Positions 1 to 12,212 of a stretch of 64,000 nucleotides of DNA are shown in pieces. Position 1 is the first letter of the stretch. Every line of letters begins with the position of its first letter. The position numbers and the translations under genes are program-made. The notes beneath the pieces were generated by a model. The model had not been told where the DNA came from and ran no database searches. It saw only the letters and a list, made by a program, of their open reading frames with translations. Origin of the DNA: Malacoraja senta (lineage: Eukaryota); contig CM075994.1 of NCBI GenBank assembly GCA_038087875.1, positions 2,482,001 to 2,546,000 on the forward strand, read 5' to 3'.

Positions 1-490
1 TGGGACGAACGCAGAGAACGAAGAGAGACGAGATGACTCCAATGTGTACTTTTGTAACTTTGTCGGCATCAGAAACGTGGTGACTCTTTTGTGTACTTTG
101 TATGCAAAAGCAAAGAATTGCACCGTACCTGGGTGCATGTGACAGTGAAGTATAATTGAATCATTGGACTCTTATCTGACTGCACATAATCCATATCTCT
201 CTGTTATCTGCATATCTCTATGCCTGCCCAAACTCTCTTAAATGTCATCTGCAATAGTGGGCTTCAGGCACTCATCACTCTCTGTGTAAAAATCTTGCAC
301 GGCACATCTCCTATAAACTTTGTCCCTCTTACCTTAAAGCCATGCCCTCTAGTATTTTATTTTTCCATCCTAGGAAAAAGGGTTCTGACTACCAATGCCT
401 CTCACTTCCATCTGCTCTCCCCTCACCTTTCCACATTCTGGAGAAAACAATCCAATTCTGCCCAACCACTCCCTGTAGCCAATACCCCCT

Positions 491-830
491 GATAGGCACA
501 AAAAGCTGGAGAAATTCAGCGGGACAGGCAGCATCTCTGGGGAGAAGGAATGGGTGACATTTCGAGTCAAGACCCTTCTTCTCGACCTGAAACATCACCC
601 ATTCCTTCTCTCCAGAGATGCTGCCAGTCCCGCTGAGTTACTCCAGTTTTTTGTGTCTATCTTCGGTTTAAACCAGCATCTGCAGTTCCTTCCTACACAG
701 CTAATAGCCCCTAATACAGGCATCATTCTATCAGTCTGAAGAAGGGTCCCAGCCGAAAACATCGCCTATCCTTGTTCTCCAGAGATGCTACCTGACCCGC
801 TGAGTTACTCCAGCACTTTGTTTCTGTTTG
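491..830. mobile_element. Non-autonomous Penelope pLTR-derived fold-back element plus adjacent copy
   Basis: Inverted arms (about 491-580 versus 580-665) of the agatgctgcc...ctgagttactccagc unit; degenerate hammerhead core near 737-763. Confidence 0.75.
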
Positions 831-1029
831 ATCATTTTGGTAACCCTCCTCTGCACCCTTTCCAAGGAGTGTTTCCTGTGGTGCAGCCAGTGGAATCTGC
901 AGTGGTGCAATGAGTGGGGAATGCAGTAGTGCAGCCAGTGGAGTGTAGAATCATGCAACCAGTGGAGTGTGCAGTGAAGCAGGGTGTGGTGTACAGTAGT
1001 GCAATCAGTGCTATGTGGAGCTCATGTTC

Positions 1030-1605
1030 TCGGAGCTGAATTAGACCATACGCCCATCATGTCTACTCCGCTATTCAAACATGGTTGATCTATCTTTCCC
1101 TTTCAACCCCATTCTCCTGCCTTCTCCCCATAACCCCTGACACCCGTACTAATCAAGAATATGTTAATCTCTGCCTTAAAAATATCCATTGACTTGGCCT
1201 CCACAGACGTCTGTGGCAATGAATTCCACAGATTCACCACCCTCTGACTAAATAATTCCTTCTCATCTACATTCTAAAGGTACTTCCTTTCATTCTGAGG
1301 CTATGGCCTATGGTCCTAGACTCTTCCACCAGTGGAAACATCCTCTCCACATCCAATCTATCCAGGCCTTGCACTAGTTGGTATGTTTCAATTAGGACCC
1401 CCTCATCCTTCTAAACTCCAGCGAGTACAGGCCCAGTGCCGTCAACAACTCATCATACTGTACGTTATGATGGGATCATTCTCGTAAACCTCCTCTGGAC
1501 CCTTTCCAACGGCAGCACATCCTTCCTCAGATATGGGGCCTAAACTGCTCACAGTACTCCATCTGTGGTCTGACCAGTGCCAAAAGGTACAGCAGTACAT
1601 CCCTG
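1030..1605 (-). mobile_element. Decayed CR1 3' fragment within a gtggtgcag degenerate repeat; other CR1-type 3' fragments near 28565-28990, 31050-31640, 50460-51100, 55345-55740, 56860-57860, 58330-58690, 63710-63975
   Basis: Recurrent gaattccacagattcacc / ccttctccccata motifs shared with the CR1 ends above. Confidence 0.75.
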
Positions 1606-2160
1606 TTTGGAGTGGTGCAGCTGGTGTGGTGTACAGCGAGTGTAGTGTGCAGTAAAGCAGTGGGTCTAGTCAGTGTACAGTAGTTCTACCAGTGTGGTAT
1701 AGAGTGGTGCAGATGATTTTGCTGCCGCCCTACAGTTCCAGCCACTCGGGTTCAATCCTGACCCTCTGTGTATACTCCATACAGGGCAGCACTGCTCTCC
1801 TGTGACTGCCTGGGTTTTCCCTAAATGTTCTGGATTCCTTGACATCCCATGTTTAGTTTAGGAAGGAACTGCAGATGCTGGTTTATACTGTAGACACAAA
1901 GTGCTGGAGTAACTCAGCAGGTCAGGCAGCATCTCTGGTGAAAAGGTGTGGGTTGCTTTTTGGGTCGGAATCCTTTTTCAGACTCACGTTTCGGGTCGGA
2001 ACCCTTTGTCAGACTCGTCCAAGTTTAGTTTAGTTTATTATTGTCACGTGAACCGAGTTTATAGTGAATTTTTTTAGTTGCATGTTATCCAGTCAGAGGA
2101 AAGATTACATGATTACAATCAAACCGTTTACAGAAACAGAATAAAGAGAATATCGTTTAG

Positions 2161-2360
2161 NNNNNNNNNNNNNNNNNNNNNNNNNNNNNNNNNNNNNNNN
2201 NNNNNNNNNNNNNNNNNNNNNNNNNNNNNNNNNNNNNNNNNNNNNNNNNNNNNNNNNNNNNNNNNNNNNNNNNNNNNNNNNNNNNNNNNNNNNNNNNNNN
2301 NNNNNNNNNNNNNNNNNNNNNNNNNNNNNNNNNNNNNNNNNNNNNNNNNNNNNNNNNNNN
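2161..2360. other. Assembly gap (200 N)
   Basis: Run of N. Confidence 1.
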
Positions 2361-3102
2361 CCCCCATGTCTGCCTTCCGCAAAGACCGCTCCCTCCGTAA
2401 CTCCCTTGTCAACTCTTCCTTCCCTCCCATACCACCCCCTCCCCTGGTACTTTCCCTTGCAACCGCAAGAGATGCAACACTTGTCCCTTCACCTCCCCCC
2501 TCGACTCCATTCAAGGACCCAAGCAGTCGTTCCAGGTGCGACAGAGGTTCACCTGCATCTCCTCCAACCTCATCTATTGCATCCGCTGCTCTAGATGCCA
2601 GCTGATCTACATCGGTGAGACCAAGCGGAGGCTTGGCGATCGTTTCGCCGAACACCTCCGGTCGGTCCGCATTAACCAACTTGACCTCCTGGTGGCTCAG
2701 CACTTCAACTCCCCCTCCATTCCGTATCTGACCTTTCTGTCCTGGGTCTCCTCCATGGCCACAGCGAGCAACACCGTAAATTGGAGGAAATGCACCTCAT
2801 ATTCCGCTTGGGCAGTCTACATCCTGGGGGCTTGAACATTGAATTCTCCCAATTCTGCTAGCCCTTGCTGTCCCCTCCCCTTCATCAGCCCTCTGGTTGT
2901 CTCCTCCCCTCCCCCAGCCCTCAGGCTCCTCCTCCGCCTTTTTCCTTTTTCCTTTCTCTCCCCACCCCCTATCAGTCTGAAGAAGGGTTTCGGCCCGAAA
3001 CGTTGCCTATTTCCTTCGCTCTATGATGCTGCTGCACCCGCTGAGTTTCTCCAGCATTTTTGTGTACCTTCGATTTTCCAGCATCTGCAGTTCCTTCTTT
3101 AA
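2361..3102 (+). mobile_element. Penelope-like element 3' part: GIY-YIG endonuclease and terminal repeat (pLTR) with hammerhead core
   Basis: FTCISSNLIYCIRCSRCQLIYIGETKRRLGDRFAEH with CxxC zinc motif; frameshifted; CTGAAGA..GAAACGTT at 2977-3004. Confidence 0.9.
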
Positions 3103-3290
3103 TACTATATTATAATCCTGATCCAGGATACAGTCGATCCCCCATGGTGCTCAGCGGTCCCGGAACTCCTCCATGATGCCCGTGGACACTGAGTGTTCTT
3201 TTTCCAAGGGACACCCGGGCACGGTCGTATCCCCAGAAAAGGGCAGGAAGTCGGCTCGGTCGGAGCCGTCGTCTGCCTGGCACAATAGGA
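3103..3290 (-). mobile_element. Tx1-like LINE ORF2 3' remnant (related copy at about 31645-31885 minus)
   Basis: Degenerate minus-strand peptide like GYxRARVSLExEHSVSTG..EEFRDRWAP.G..CILD; similar DNA at 31760-31870. Confidence 0.55.
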
Positions 3291-4884
3291 ATTTATTTTA
3301 GCCAGAGTTTAATTTAGTTTATTGTCACGTGTACTGAGGTACAGTGGAAAGCTTTTTTTGCATGCTAACCCAGCAGAAAACAATCAATCTATCCACAGTG
3401 TACAGTACATGATAAAGGGAATACGTTTAGTGCAAGATAATGTCAAGTCAGTCCAATTAAAGCTAGTGCAAGGGTCTCCAATGAGGTAAGTAATAGTTAG
3501 GGAGGTGGATGATAGATTGGGTGGTGAATCTGTGGAATACATTTCCACAGACGATGGTGGAGGCCTAGTCATTTGTTTTTTTCAAACCGGAAATTGACAG
3601 TTTTTGATTAACAAGGGTGTTAAATGTTATGGGGAGAAGGCAGGAGAATGGGGTTGAGAGGGAAAAATAAATCAGCCACGATTGAATGGTGGAGCAGACT
3701 CGATGGGCCTAATGGCCAAATTCTGCTCCTATGTTTTATGGTCTTATGTCTCTTGATAAGACTGAAGGAGACAGGAGAGAAAGCCTGAGTCCCAGACGAT
3801 GAAGGGGGCAGAGATAAGTCAGCGCGGTGGATGTAGGTGGTATTAGTATATTATTGTCTCGCACATCGAGATACAGTGAAAACAATGTTTTGTGTGCTAT
3901 CCAGGCAAATCATATCCTACAGGAGTACAATCAATCCATGAATACAACACTTTTAGATTTATTGAGACACAACAAAACAGCAGACACAAAGTGCTGATGT
4001 AACTCAGCAGGTCAGGCAGCATCCCTGGAGAACACAGTTGGGTGACGTTTCGGGTTAAGGTTCTTCCTCAGACTGATTATAGCGGGGGGTTTGGAGGGGT
4101 AGAAAGCTAGGAGGGGTAGGACAAAGCATAGCAGGGTATTAGGTGAACACCGGCAAGGCGGGGGTTTGATAGGCAGATGGTTGGACAGTTCCTACAAGGA
4201 ACTGCAGATGTTGATTTACAAAAAAAGACACAAAGTGCTGGAGTAACTCAGCAGGTCAGGCAGCATCCCTGGAGAATACTGATAGATGACGTTTTGGGAT
4301 TGTGACTTTTCGGTTTGTGACTTTTAGGTTTGTTATATTGTCACATGTGCCGAGGTACAGTGAAAAGATTTGTTTTGCCTGCTATCCAGGCAGATCTGAT
4401 ATACCACACATAAATACAATACGTCAAACTCAAGTACAATACGTAGCACAAAGGGGAAGGTACAGAGTGCAGAATATAGTTCTCAGCATTGTAGCACATC
4501 AGTTCCAGAGACAAAGTCCAATGTTTGCAATGGAGAAGAGGTGAATCGGACAGTACCTTAGCTGATGAAAAGACTGCCTGTTCAGAAGCCCGATAATGGA
4601 GGGGAAGCAGCCGTTCCTGTATCTGGTGGTGCACTTTCAAGGTGTTCCCAAGCCAAAATGTGTTGCCCCCTGACAGTATGTTTCCATGGTGTATCTGTAG
4701 GTGTTTGTAAGAATCACTGGAGACATGCTGAATTTCTTCAGTCTCCTCAGGAAATAGAGGTGTGTGTGTGTCTTTTGGGCTAACACCGTGTCACTAAGTT
4801 CTCTATTTCTTTTCCGTACTACATATGTAGTGCAAAATGAGATTGGAAACAGAGTGAAGATATAAGATTAGATAAGACTTCTCT

Positions 4885-5092
4885 AATTTCAGATAGCCCT
4901 TGCTTTCTCTCTCCATCCCCTCCCCTTCCCAGTTCTCCCACTACTCTTACTGTCTCCGACTACATTCCATCTTTGTCCCACCCCCTCCCCTGACATCAGT
5001 CTGAAGAAGGGTCTCGACCCGAAACGTCACCCATTCCTTCTCTGCAGAGATGCTACCTCACCCGCTGAGTTACTCCAGCATTTTGTGTCCAC
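4885..5092 (+). mobile_element. Penelope pLTR-derived short element with consensus hammerhead core
   Basis: CTGAAGA-A-GGGTCTCGACCC-GAAAC-GTC at 5001-5028. Confidence 0.8.
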
Positions 5093-5718
5093 CTGAAGAT
5101 AGGGTGTTACAGCTACAGGAATGCGTAATTTTTCTAAAGTGCAAGGGCCGCAATGAGTTCAGGAATACATTCTTGGTTTATGATAGGTCTGTACAAGTTA
5201 ACATCAGGGAAGAAGCTGTTCCGGTATCTGGTGGTACGTGCTTTTCTATCTTTTGCTCGATGGGAGTGGGGCGGAGAGTGAATAACCAAGGTCTTTGATG
5301 AAGTTGGCTACTTTCTCAAGGCAGCATAAAGTGTAGATGGCTTTTAGATAGGCATATGGTTTATGCAGAGAATGGAAGGATATGCATCACATGCAGGCAG
5401 AGGAGATTAGTTTAACGGGGCATCATGTTCGGCACAGACATTGTGGGCAGAAAGGCCTATTCCTGTTCTGTACTGTTCTACTATTCTATAGGTTTCGCGG
5501 AATATTAAAGTGCTGGGAGCGAGGATATCGTAGACAGAATCTGTTTGATTATATCTAAGAAATGAGAATACAAACACCACAGAGTGTATTCTGCAATTAG
5601 GTCAAAGATTGGGAGAGATAGAGGAGCAAATAATAGCAGATTGCAGACAAATGCAAAAACTATGGTTATAACGGGGACAATAATTATCTCAATGCCAACT
5701 GGCATAGTAAAAGGCTGG

Positions 5719-6730
5719 TAGACAAAAGTGCTGGAGAAACTCAGCGGGTGCGGCAGCATCTATGGAGCGAAGGAAATAGGCAACGTTTCGGGCCGAAACC
5801 CTTCTTCAGACTTATGTAGGGTGGGGGGGGGGGGGGGCGGAGGGAAGAAGAAAGGAAGAGGAGGAGCTAGAGGGCTGAGGGAGAGCTGAGAAGGGGAGGA
5901 GACAATAAGGGCTACCGGAAATTGGAGAAGTCGATGTTCATGCCGTTGGAGTATAAACTGCCCAAGCGAAATATGAGGTGCTGCTCCTCCAATTTCCGGT
6001 GGTGCTCACTTTGGCCATGCAGGAGGCCCAGGACAGAAAGGTCGGATTCGGAATGGGAGGGGGAGTTGAAGAGCTGAGCCACCGGGAGATCAGGTAGGTT
6101 ATTGCGGACCGAGCGGAGGTGTTCGGCGAAACGATCGCCAAGCCTACGCTTGGTCTCACCGATGTAGATCAGCTGACATCTAGAGCAGCGGATGCAATAG
6201 ATGAGGTTGGAGGAGATGCAGGTGAACCTCTGTCGCACCTGGAACGACTGCTTGGGTCCTTGAATTGAGTTGAGGGGGGAGGTAAAGCGGCAAGTGTAGC
6301 TTTACTTGCGGCTGCAAGGGAAAGTGCCCGGGAGGGGGTGGTTCGGGTGGGAAGGGAAGAATTGACCAGGGAGTTACGGAGGGAGCGGTCTTTGCGGAAA
6401 GCAGACAGGGGGGTGATGGGAAGATGTGGCGAGTGGTGGGGTCACGTTGGAGGTGGCGAAAATGACGGAGGACTATTTGTTGTATGTGACGGCTAGTAGG
6501 GTGGAAGGTGAGGACTAGGGGACTCTGCCCTTGTTACGAGTGGGGGGGATGGGGAGAGAGAGCAATGTTACGGGGTATTGAAGAAACCCTGGTGAGAGCC
6601 TGGTGAGAGTGGGGGAGGGGAACCCCCGTTCCCTGAAGAATGAGGACATTTCCGATGTCCTGGTGTGGAACACCTCATCCTGGGAGCAGATGCGGCGTAG
6701 ACGGAGGAGTTGGGAGTAGGGGATGGAGTC
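5719..6730 (-). mobile_element. 5'-truncated Penelope-like element (RT thumb, intact GIY-YIG, pLTR)
   Basis: ORF 5912-6238 is a GIY-YIG domain; hammerhead core 5782-5809; 9-bp TSD AAAGGCTGG at 5710-5718 and 6731-6739; inserted into an older CR1 fragment. Confidence 0.92.
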
Positions 6731-7711
6731 AAAGGCTGGAGAAGGTAGTTTCCAAACTGTGTCCTGGACAATTTTCTATAACGGTGTATTCAGTCTAACG
6801 AGGAAGGAGGCATCTGTTTTGGGAAATGAGATGGGTTAAATGCTCCAAGTTCCAGTATGGGAACAATTAACGAACAGTAAAGTAACAACATAAGACTTGG
6901 GTTAACTATAGAAAAGGAGCGACCCAAAGATTTTTTTTTTATTGGGGATGGCCACTTTCAGTGGGGATGAGAGTAGATCTGGTCTGGGTAAAACGGTGAA
7001 TTTTAAAATAGTGCCACAACAGAATGAACTCAGAGCACCAGAGACCCGGGTTTGATCCTGACCTCGGGTGCTATATATGTGACTTGTCACATTCTTCCTG
7101 TGACAGCATGAGTTTCCTCCAGATGCTCCAGCTTTTTCCCGCATTCCCAATGATATGCAGCATTGTGAGTTAATTGAACATTGTAAAAAGAAAATTTGCC
7201 CCAAGCGTGTAGGGGGTGGATGCAAAAGTAGGATAACACAGAACTAGTGTGAATGGATGATTGATGATTGGCATCTACAGTTCCTTGTGTCATGAGATTG
7301 CAGAGGCTGCATCCACTGTCTTATTTGGAGAAAAGAAGACCAAGGAGACAGCAGATAGAATATAAACTGAAGAGGGGTGTGGATGGGATGGAGAGTCAGA
7401 GCCGTTCATGTTGGTGGAGAGATCTAGCGGTAAAGGTCACAGGTGTAAAACAAAAGGAAAGGGGATTAAAAATGCCATGTGGAAAAACATCTCGCGCAAC
7501 ATCTGGTTGGCATCTGGAATCCTTTGGTAGCCAATGTGGTGGTGGCAGATTCCATTGTGGCTTTCAAGAGGGAACTGGATAAATTCAAAGTGGATCAAAA
7601 ACTTGAATGTTTGTGGAGATAGGACCAGTGGGAAGCAACTGCAGAGTTGCTCTGGTAGAGAGCCAGTGCAGGCATGATGGGCTGAATAGCCTCCTGTGCT
7701 GTAACCAGAGC

Positions 7712-8010
7712 AGTACAGTGGTGCAGAGGGAGAGTTGCTGCCTTATGTGCCAGAGACCCAGGTTCGATCATGACTATGGGTGTTGTCTGTACGGAGATTG
7801 CACGTTCTCCCTGTGACTGTGTGGATTTTCTCCGGGTGTTCCGGTTTCCTCCCACATTCCAAAGACGTGCAGGTTTGTAGGTTAATTGGCTTCTGTAAAT
7901 TGTCCTTAGGCTGTAGGATAGAACGCATGGGTGATCATTGGTCGGTGCGGACTTGGTGGGCCGAAGGCCTGTTTCCACATTGTATCTCTAAACGCTAAAC
8001 TGAACTAAAC
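7712..8010 (+). mobile_element. tRNA-derived SINE (HE1/V-SINE-like); further copies near 1700-1850, 7030-7270, 33710-34010(-), 48210-48465(-), 60770-60960(-)
   Basis: Pol III A/B-box-like head (gtggtgcag...ggttcgatc), central tttcctcccacattccaaagacgtg, 3' gggccgaaggcctgtttcc and (aaact)n tail. Confidence 0.8.
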
Positions 8011-9060
8011 ATTGTATGATTCTATCTCGAGCAGGCTCGAAAGTCCAAATGGCCTATTATTTGTAATTCATTCAAATTATCCCTGAAGGTGCCAAAATGT
8101 GGAATATTTTTTTAATGGAGTGGTTTCACGCTACGATCTGAAGGCTATAAAGAGTATTACACTTACAAACTATTGAAGTAATCTATTTGATTTCACAATT
8201 AACTCAATTTCAGAGATATGGTTCAATCTAAACCATATACCCGAACTGTACGTACAATCGGAGGTCCATTTTATACAATAATGAAGTATCAATGCACAAA
8301 AGCTAATAAATGGCTTGTTACCTCTTCAAGTAATTGAATCTGTTACGGCAAAGCCGATTAGAATACAACTTCAAAGCGCAGAAACATAATTACATTTTTT
8401 TTTCCTTTTTAATCCTTTAAATGCATTGACTACTTTTGTGGGAATGCCTTGATTTGGACTGTATAACTTTCTGGAGTAGACAAGAGACTGTAGAATGATG
8501 GATTCCTTCAAACTGATATGTTGACCATTCCTTTTCCTCCACAGATACTGCTTGACCCACTGAGTTCCCCTAGCAATTTTTTGGGGGGCATGTTTCCAAA
8601 GGTTCTGCAGAACCTTCACCAAACGAATAATTTCTTATCTCCGGTTATTTTGTCAGCACACCTTAAACCAGCATTTTCACAAGATTGGAAAAAAACGTTA
8701 TTTTATCAAGTCCAAAGTGTAGCAGAGACACGATAAGACAAAATTCCATCTAGCGTGTTGTCTAGGTCGACACAAAGTATCATTAAACTAAGATTGAACC
8801 ATTCAAAGTCTCCCAAGTGTCATTTCTCTTGCGTTTCACCAATTAGAGTCAAGTCTATACATCCCAAGAGACCGCTCATGATGAAGTTACTGATGTCACC
8901 TGTTACCTCCAGGTAAACAAATTACTTTAATCAAGAACCTTTAAAATGAGCAGAGAGCTATTACGAAAAGACTACAGAAATAAGTAAGACAGGGATGTTT
9001 CGAGCAACTGATGTTAGACTAGTTAGCACAACTGCCCTCTCAAACAAACTATGCGGAAGT

Positions 9061-9145
9061 TCTGAAGAAGGGTTCCGACCCGAAACGTCATCTCCAGAGA
9101 TGCTGCCTGACCCACTGAGTTACTCCAACATTTTGTGTCTACCTT
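9061..9145 (+). mobile_element. Penelope pLTR-derived short element with hammerhead core
   Basis: CTGAAGAAGGGTTCCGACCCGAAACGTC at 9062-9089. Confidence 0.75.
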
Positions 9146-9904
9146 CACATTAAACTACTTTCCTCATAGAGCATCCGTGAGACATGCCAACTAAGAATTA
9201 GTGACTACCATTTATTTTAAAGCAAAGTATAACATAATTTTTCACCATATTTGTTTGCTAAAGTATGAAATCCAACTTGTTACTCACACACAGAATGTCC
9301 TCCAAATATCTAGAGCCACATATTTCTGCGGAGAAGACTAACACCAGCCACGTACACAGAGGACACCATTGCTTCTCCTTCTCCCTGTGCAGTCTGGGTA
9401 ATAATCCCCAGACATACTGTAACTATGCAGTTTATTCTCTTCATGAGTTACTAAAAATTTTTTTTCCAAGTAAACAGACAATATAAGTTCTCACAGGGCT
9501 AATTAACTGCATCAAGTGCAATACATGTTATTGGGGAGGGACCTTAAAATGTTCCATTCACTGTTCCAGGACTCCACGCTGTTGTCTTTTCCCAGTGGAT
9601 TCTTCATTGGGCCAAATCCATGGTGTCAAAATATACAGCACCTGCTGCAGTGGGGTTAATGTTTCATTGCTGCCATTTTATTTACCACCTTGCCGCCATA
9701 AACATAGGAATTTACAGGAGTCACATTGATATTGCATTCAAGTGTAAGTTAAAAGACTCGCTACAATATGCACCAGATTGCACAATTTCAAGCTGAAAAA
9801 TGCGAAAGCTCCATACCAATGGGAGGGGGACATCCCCTTCCCCCCTCGGTCTTGGTCTCTCGCAATTTCTAACTCCCAACTCTCACCCAATGTTGGCAGC
9901 CCCG

Positions 9905-10375
9905 CTCTGTGCCCCTCTCTGTGCCTCCGTGCCCCTCTCTGTGGCTGTGTCCCTCTCTGTGCCTCCGTGTCCCTCTCTGTGCCTCCGTGCCCCTCTCTGT
10001 ACCTCCGTGCCCCTCTCTGTGCCTCCCTATCCCCCTTCTGTGCCTCCGTGCCCCTCTCTGTGCCTCAGTGTCCCTCTCTGTGCCCCTCTCTGTGCCTCAG
10101 TGTCCCTCTGTGTGCCTCCCTATCCCCCTCTGTACCTCTGTGCCCCTCTCTGTGCCTGTGTCCCTCTCTATGCCCCCGTGCCCCTCTCTGTGCCTCCCTA
10201 TCCCCCTCTGTGCCTCAGTTTCCCTCTCTGTGCCTCAGTATCCCTCTCTGTGCCTCCGTGCCCCTCTCTGTGCCTCCCTATCCCCCTCTGTGCCTCCGTG
10301 CCCCCTCTGTGCCTCAGTGTCCCTCTCTGTGCCTCCGTGTCCCTCTCTGTGCCTCTGTGTCCCTCTCTCTCTACC
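9905..10375. repeat. C/T-rich minisatellite, about 20-bp unit (cctctctgtgcctccgtgYc)
   Basis: Direct inspection; produces low-complexity ORFs in all three + frames. Confidence 0.95.
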
Positions 10376-10379
10376 CTCC

Positions 10380-10636
10380 TCCCTCTCTAGCCGCACCTGC
10401 AAGTTGGGGGGCAATGCGTGAGTGGATAGGGCGGGGAATGGGGTAAAAGAAGTGAATGAATAATATTAATATAATATCAATGGGGGTGGTTAGTGTGTGT
10501 GTGTGTGGAGGTGGTTAGTGTGTGTGTGTGTGTGCGTATTGGAGTTGGTAAGTGTGTGTGTGACGCCGCAGACCGCCCCCTCCCCCCGCAACTGCACATT
10601 AAGGGGACGGGACCCAACGGGTCCCACTTAGTCTAG
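10380..10636 (+). mobile_element. 3' end of a non-autonomous Helitron
   Basis: GGGACCC-AAC-GGGTCCC hairpin (10609-10625) followed 7 nt later by CTAG|T. Confidence 0.7.
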
Positions 10637-10638
10637 TA

Positions 10639-11224
10639 TCTATTAAAAGTCTGATCTTGGATGTGTATTTATTTATTTGTGTGATGTTCGTATGCGATTC
10701 ACATCTTCTCGAAAAAAACGACGCACTAAAGGTGACATTTTTATATTCCGATAGAGATTTATGTCTTGGCAAAATTTGCCTTATCTGAAAAATTCATGCA
10801 TTATTTCTCGAGTTATTAATGAAATGTTCAAAAGTCTCCAAAGACTTGGAAAAAAACAACTGTCTTTCGCTCATTCCCTGTGCTTAGCTCTGCTCGCAAC
10901 ATTGTTGCTATCCAAGTACACTGAGTCCTGCTAGCCCTAGCAAGTGCAAATGCATTTTTTTAAAGTCACAGTACACTGAGTTCTGCTAGCTAGCAAGTAC
11001 AATTGCATTTTTTTTTAAGTTTAAAAATGAGGGAGGGTGAATAAGGCGAAATGAGCAGCCCCTGCACAGTTGTCGGCTATGGGTGAGTGGTGGAATATTG
11101 CGTTGGGGGAATGGGTTGTGTTGGAGAAATGGATGAGTGGTGGAATATTGCCTTGGGGAACGGGTTGCTTTCGGGGACCAGGCCTCCCGTGCGACAGGGA
11201 CCCAATGGGCCCCACTTGGTCTAG
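10639..11224 (+). mobile_element. Non-autonomous Helitron (586 bp)
   Basis: A|TC...TATTAAAAGTCTGATCTTG 5' end; hairpin 11197-11213; CTAG|T 3' end; no TSD. Confidence 0.75.
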
Positions 11225-11254
11225 TATGTATATATATATCTGTGTATATAGATA

Positions 11255-12212
11255 GATACATAGAAAATAGGTGCAGGAGTAGGCCATTCGGCCCTTCGAG
11301 CCTGCACCGCCATTCAATATGATCATGGCTGATCATCCAACTCAGTATCCCATACCTGCCTTCTCTCCATACCCCCTGATCCCTTTAGCCACAAGGGCCA
11401 CATCTAACTCCCTCTTAAATATAGCCAATGAACTGGCCTCAACTACCCTCTGTGGCAGAGAGTTCCAGAGATTCACCACTCTCTGTGTGAAAAAGTTTTT
11501 CCTCATCTCGGTCTTAAAGGATTTCCCCCTTATCCTTAAGCTGTGACCCCTTGTCCTGGACTTCCCCAACATCGGGAACAATCTTCCTGCATCTAGCCTG
11601 TCCAACCCCATAAGAATTTTGTACGTTTCTATAAGATCCCCTCTCAATCTCCTAAATTCTAGCGAGTATAAGCCAAGTCTATCCAGTCTTTCTTCATATG
11701 AAAGTCCTGACATCCCAGGAATCAGTCTGGTGAACCTTCTCTGCACTCCCTCTATGGCTATAATGTCCTTCCTCAGATTTGGAGACCAAAACTGTACGCA
11801 ATACTCCAGGTGTGGTCTCACCAAGACCCTGTACAACTGCAGTAGAACCTCCCTGCTCCTATACTCAAATCCTCTTGCTATGAAGGCCAACATACCATTC
11901 GCTTTCTTCACTGCCTGCTGCACCTACATGCCTACTTTCAATGACTGGTGTACCATGACACCCAGGTCTCGCTGCACCTCCCCATTTCCTAATCGGCCAC
12001 CATTTAGATAATAGTCTGCCTTCCCGTTTTTGCCACCAAAGTGGATAACCTCACATTTATCCACATTATACTGCATCTGCCAAACATTTGCCCACTCACC
12101 CAGCCTATCCAAGTCACCTTGCAGTCTCCTAGCATCCTCCTCACAGCTAACACTGCCCCCCAGCTTAGTGTCATCCGCAAACTTGGAGATGTTGCTTTCA
12201 ATTCCCTCGTCC
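11255..12212 (-). mobile_element. CR1 LINE 3' portion (RT C-terminus and 3'UTR)
   Basis: [11 protein letters not shown]...QWYN-like RT motifs, RPHLEYCVQFWSP, FFTQRVVNLWNSLP; ctatgt-type tail. Confidence 0.93.

Noticed and set aside
2078..2703. ORFs spanning the N run
   Set aside because: Artefacts of the assembly gap
7712..7790. tRNA-like A/B boxes
   Set aside because: Heads of tRNA-derived SINEs; no intact cloverleaf
8040..9760. Unique-looking sequence as possible SYTL3 exons
   Set aside because: No recognisable Slp-homology or C2 peptide and no convincing splice pair found by eye
9778..10446. Cys/Pro/Leu-rich ORFs of 170-222 aa
   Set aside because: Translations of the 20-bp minisatellite, open in all three frames
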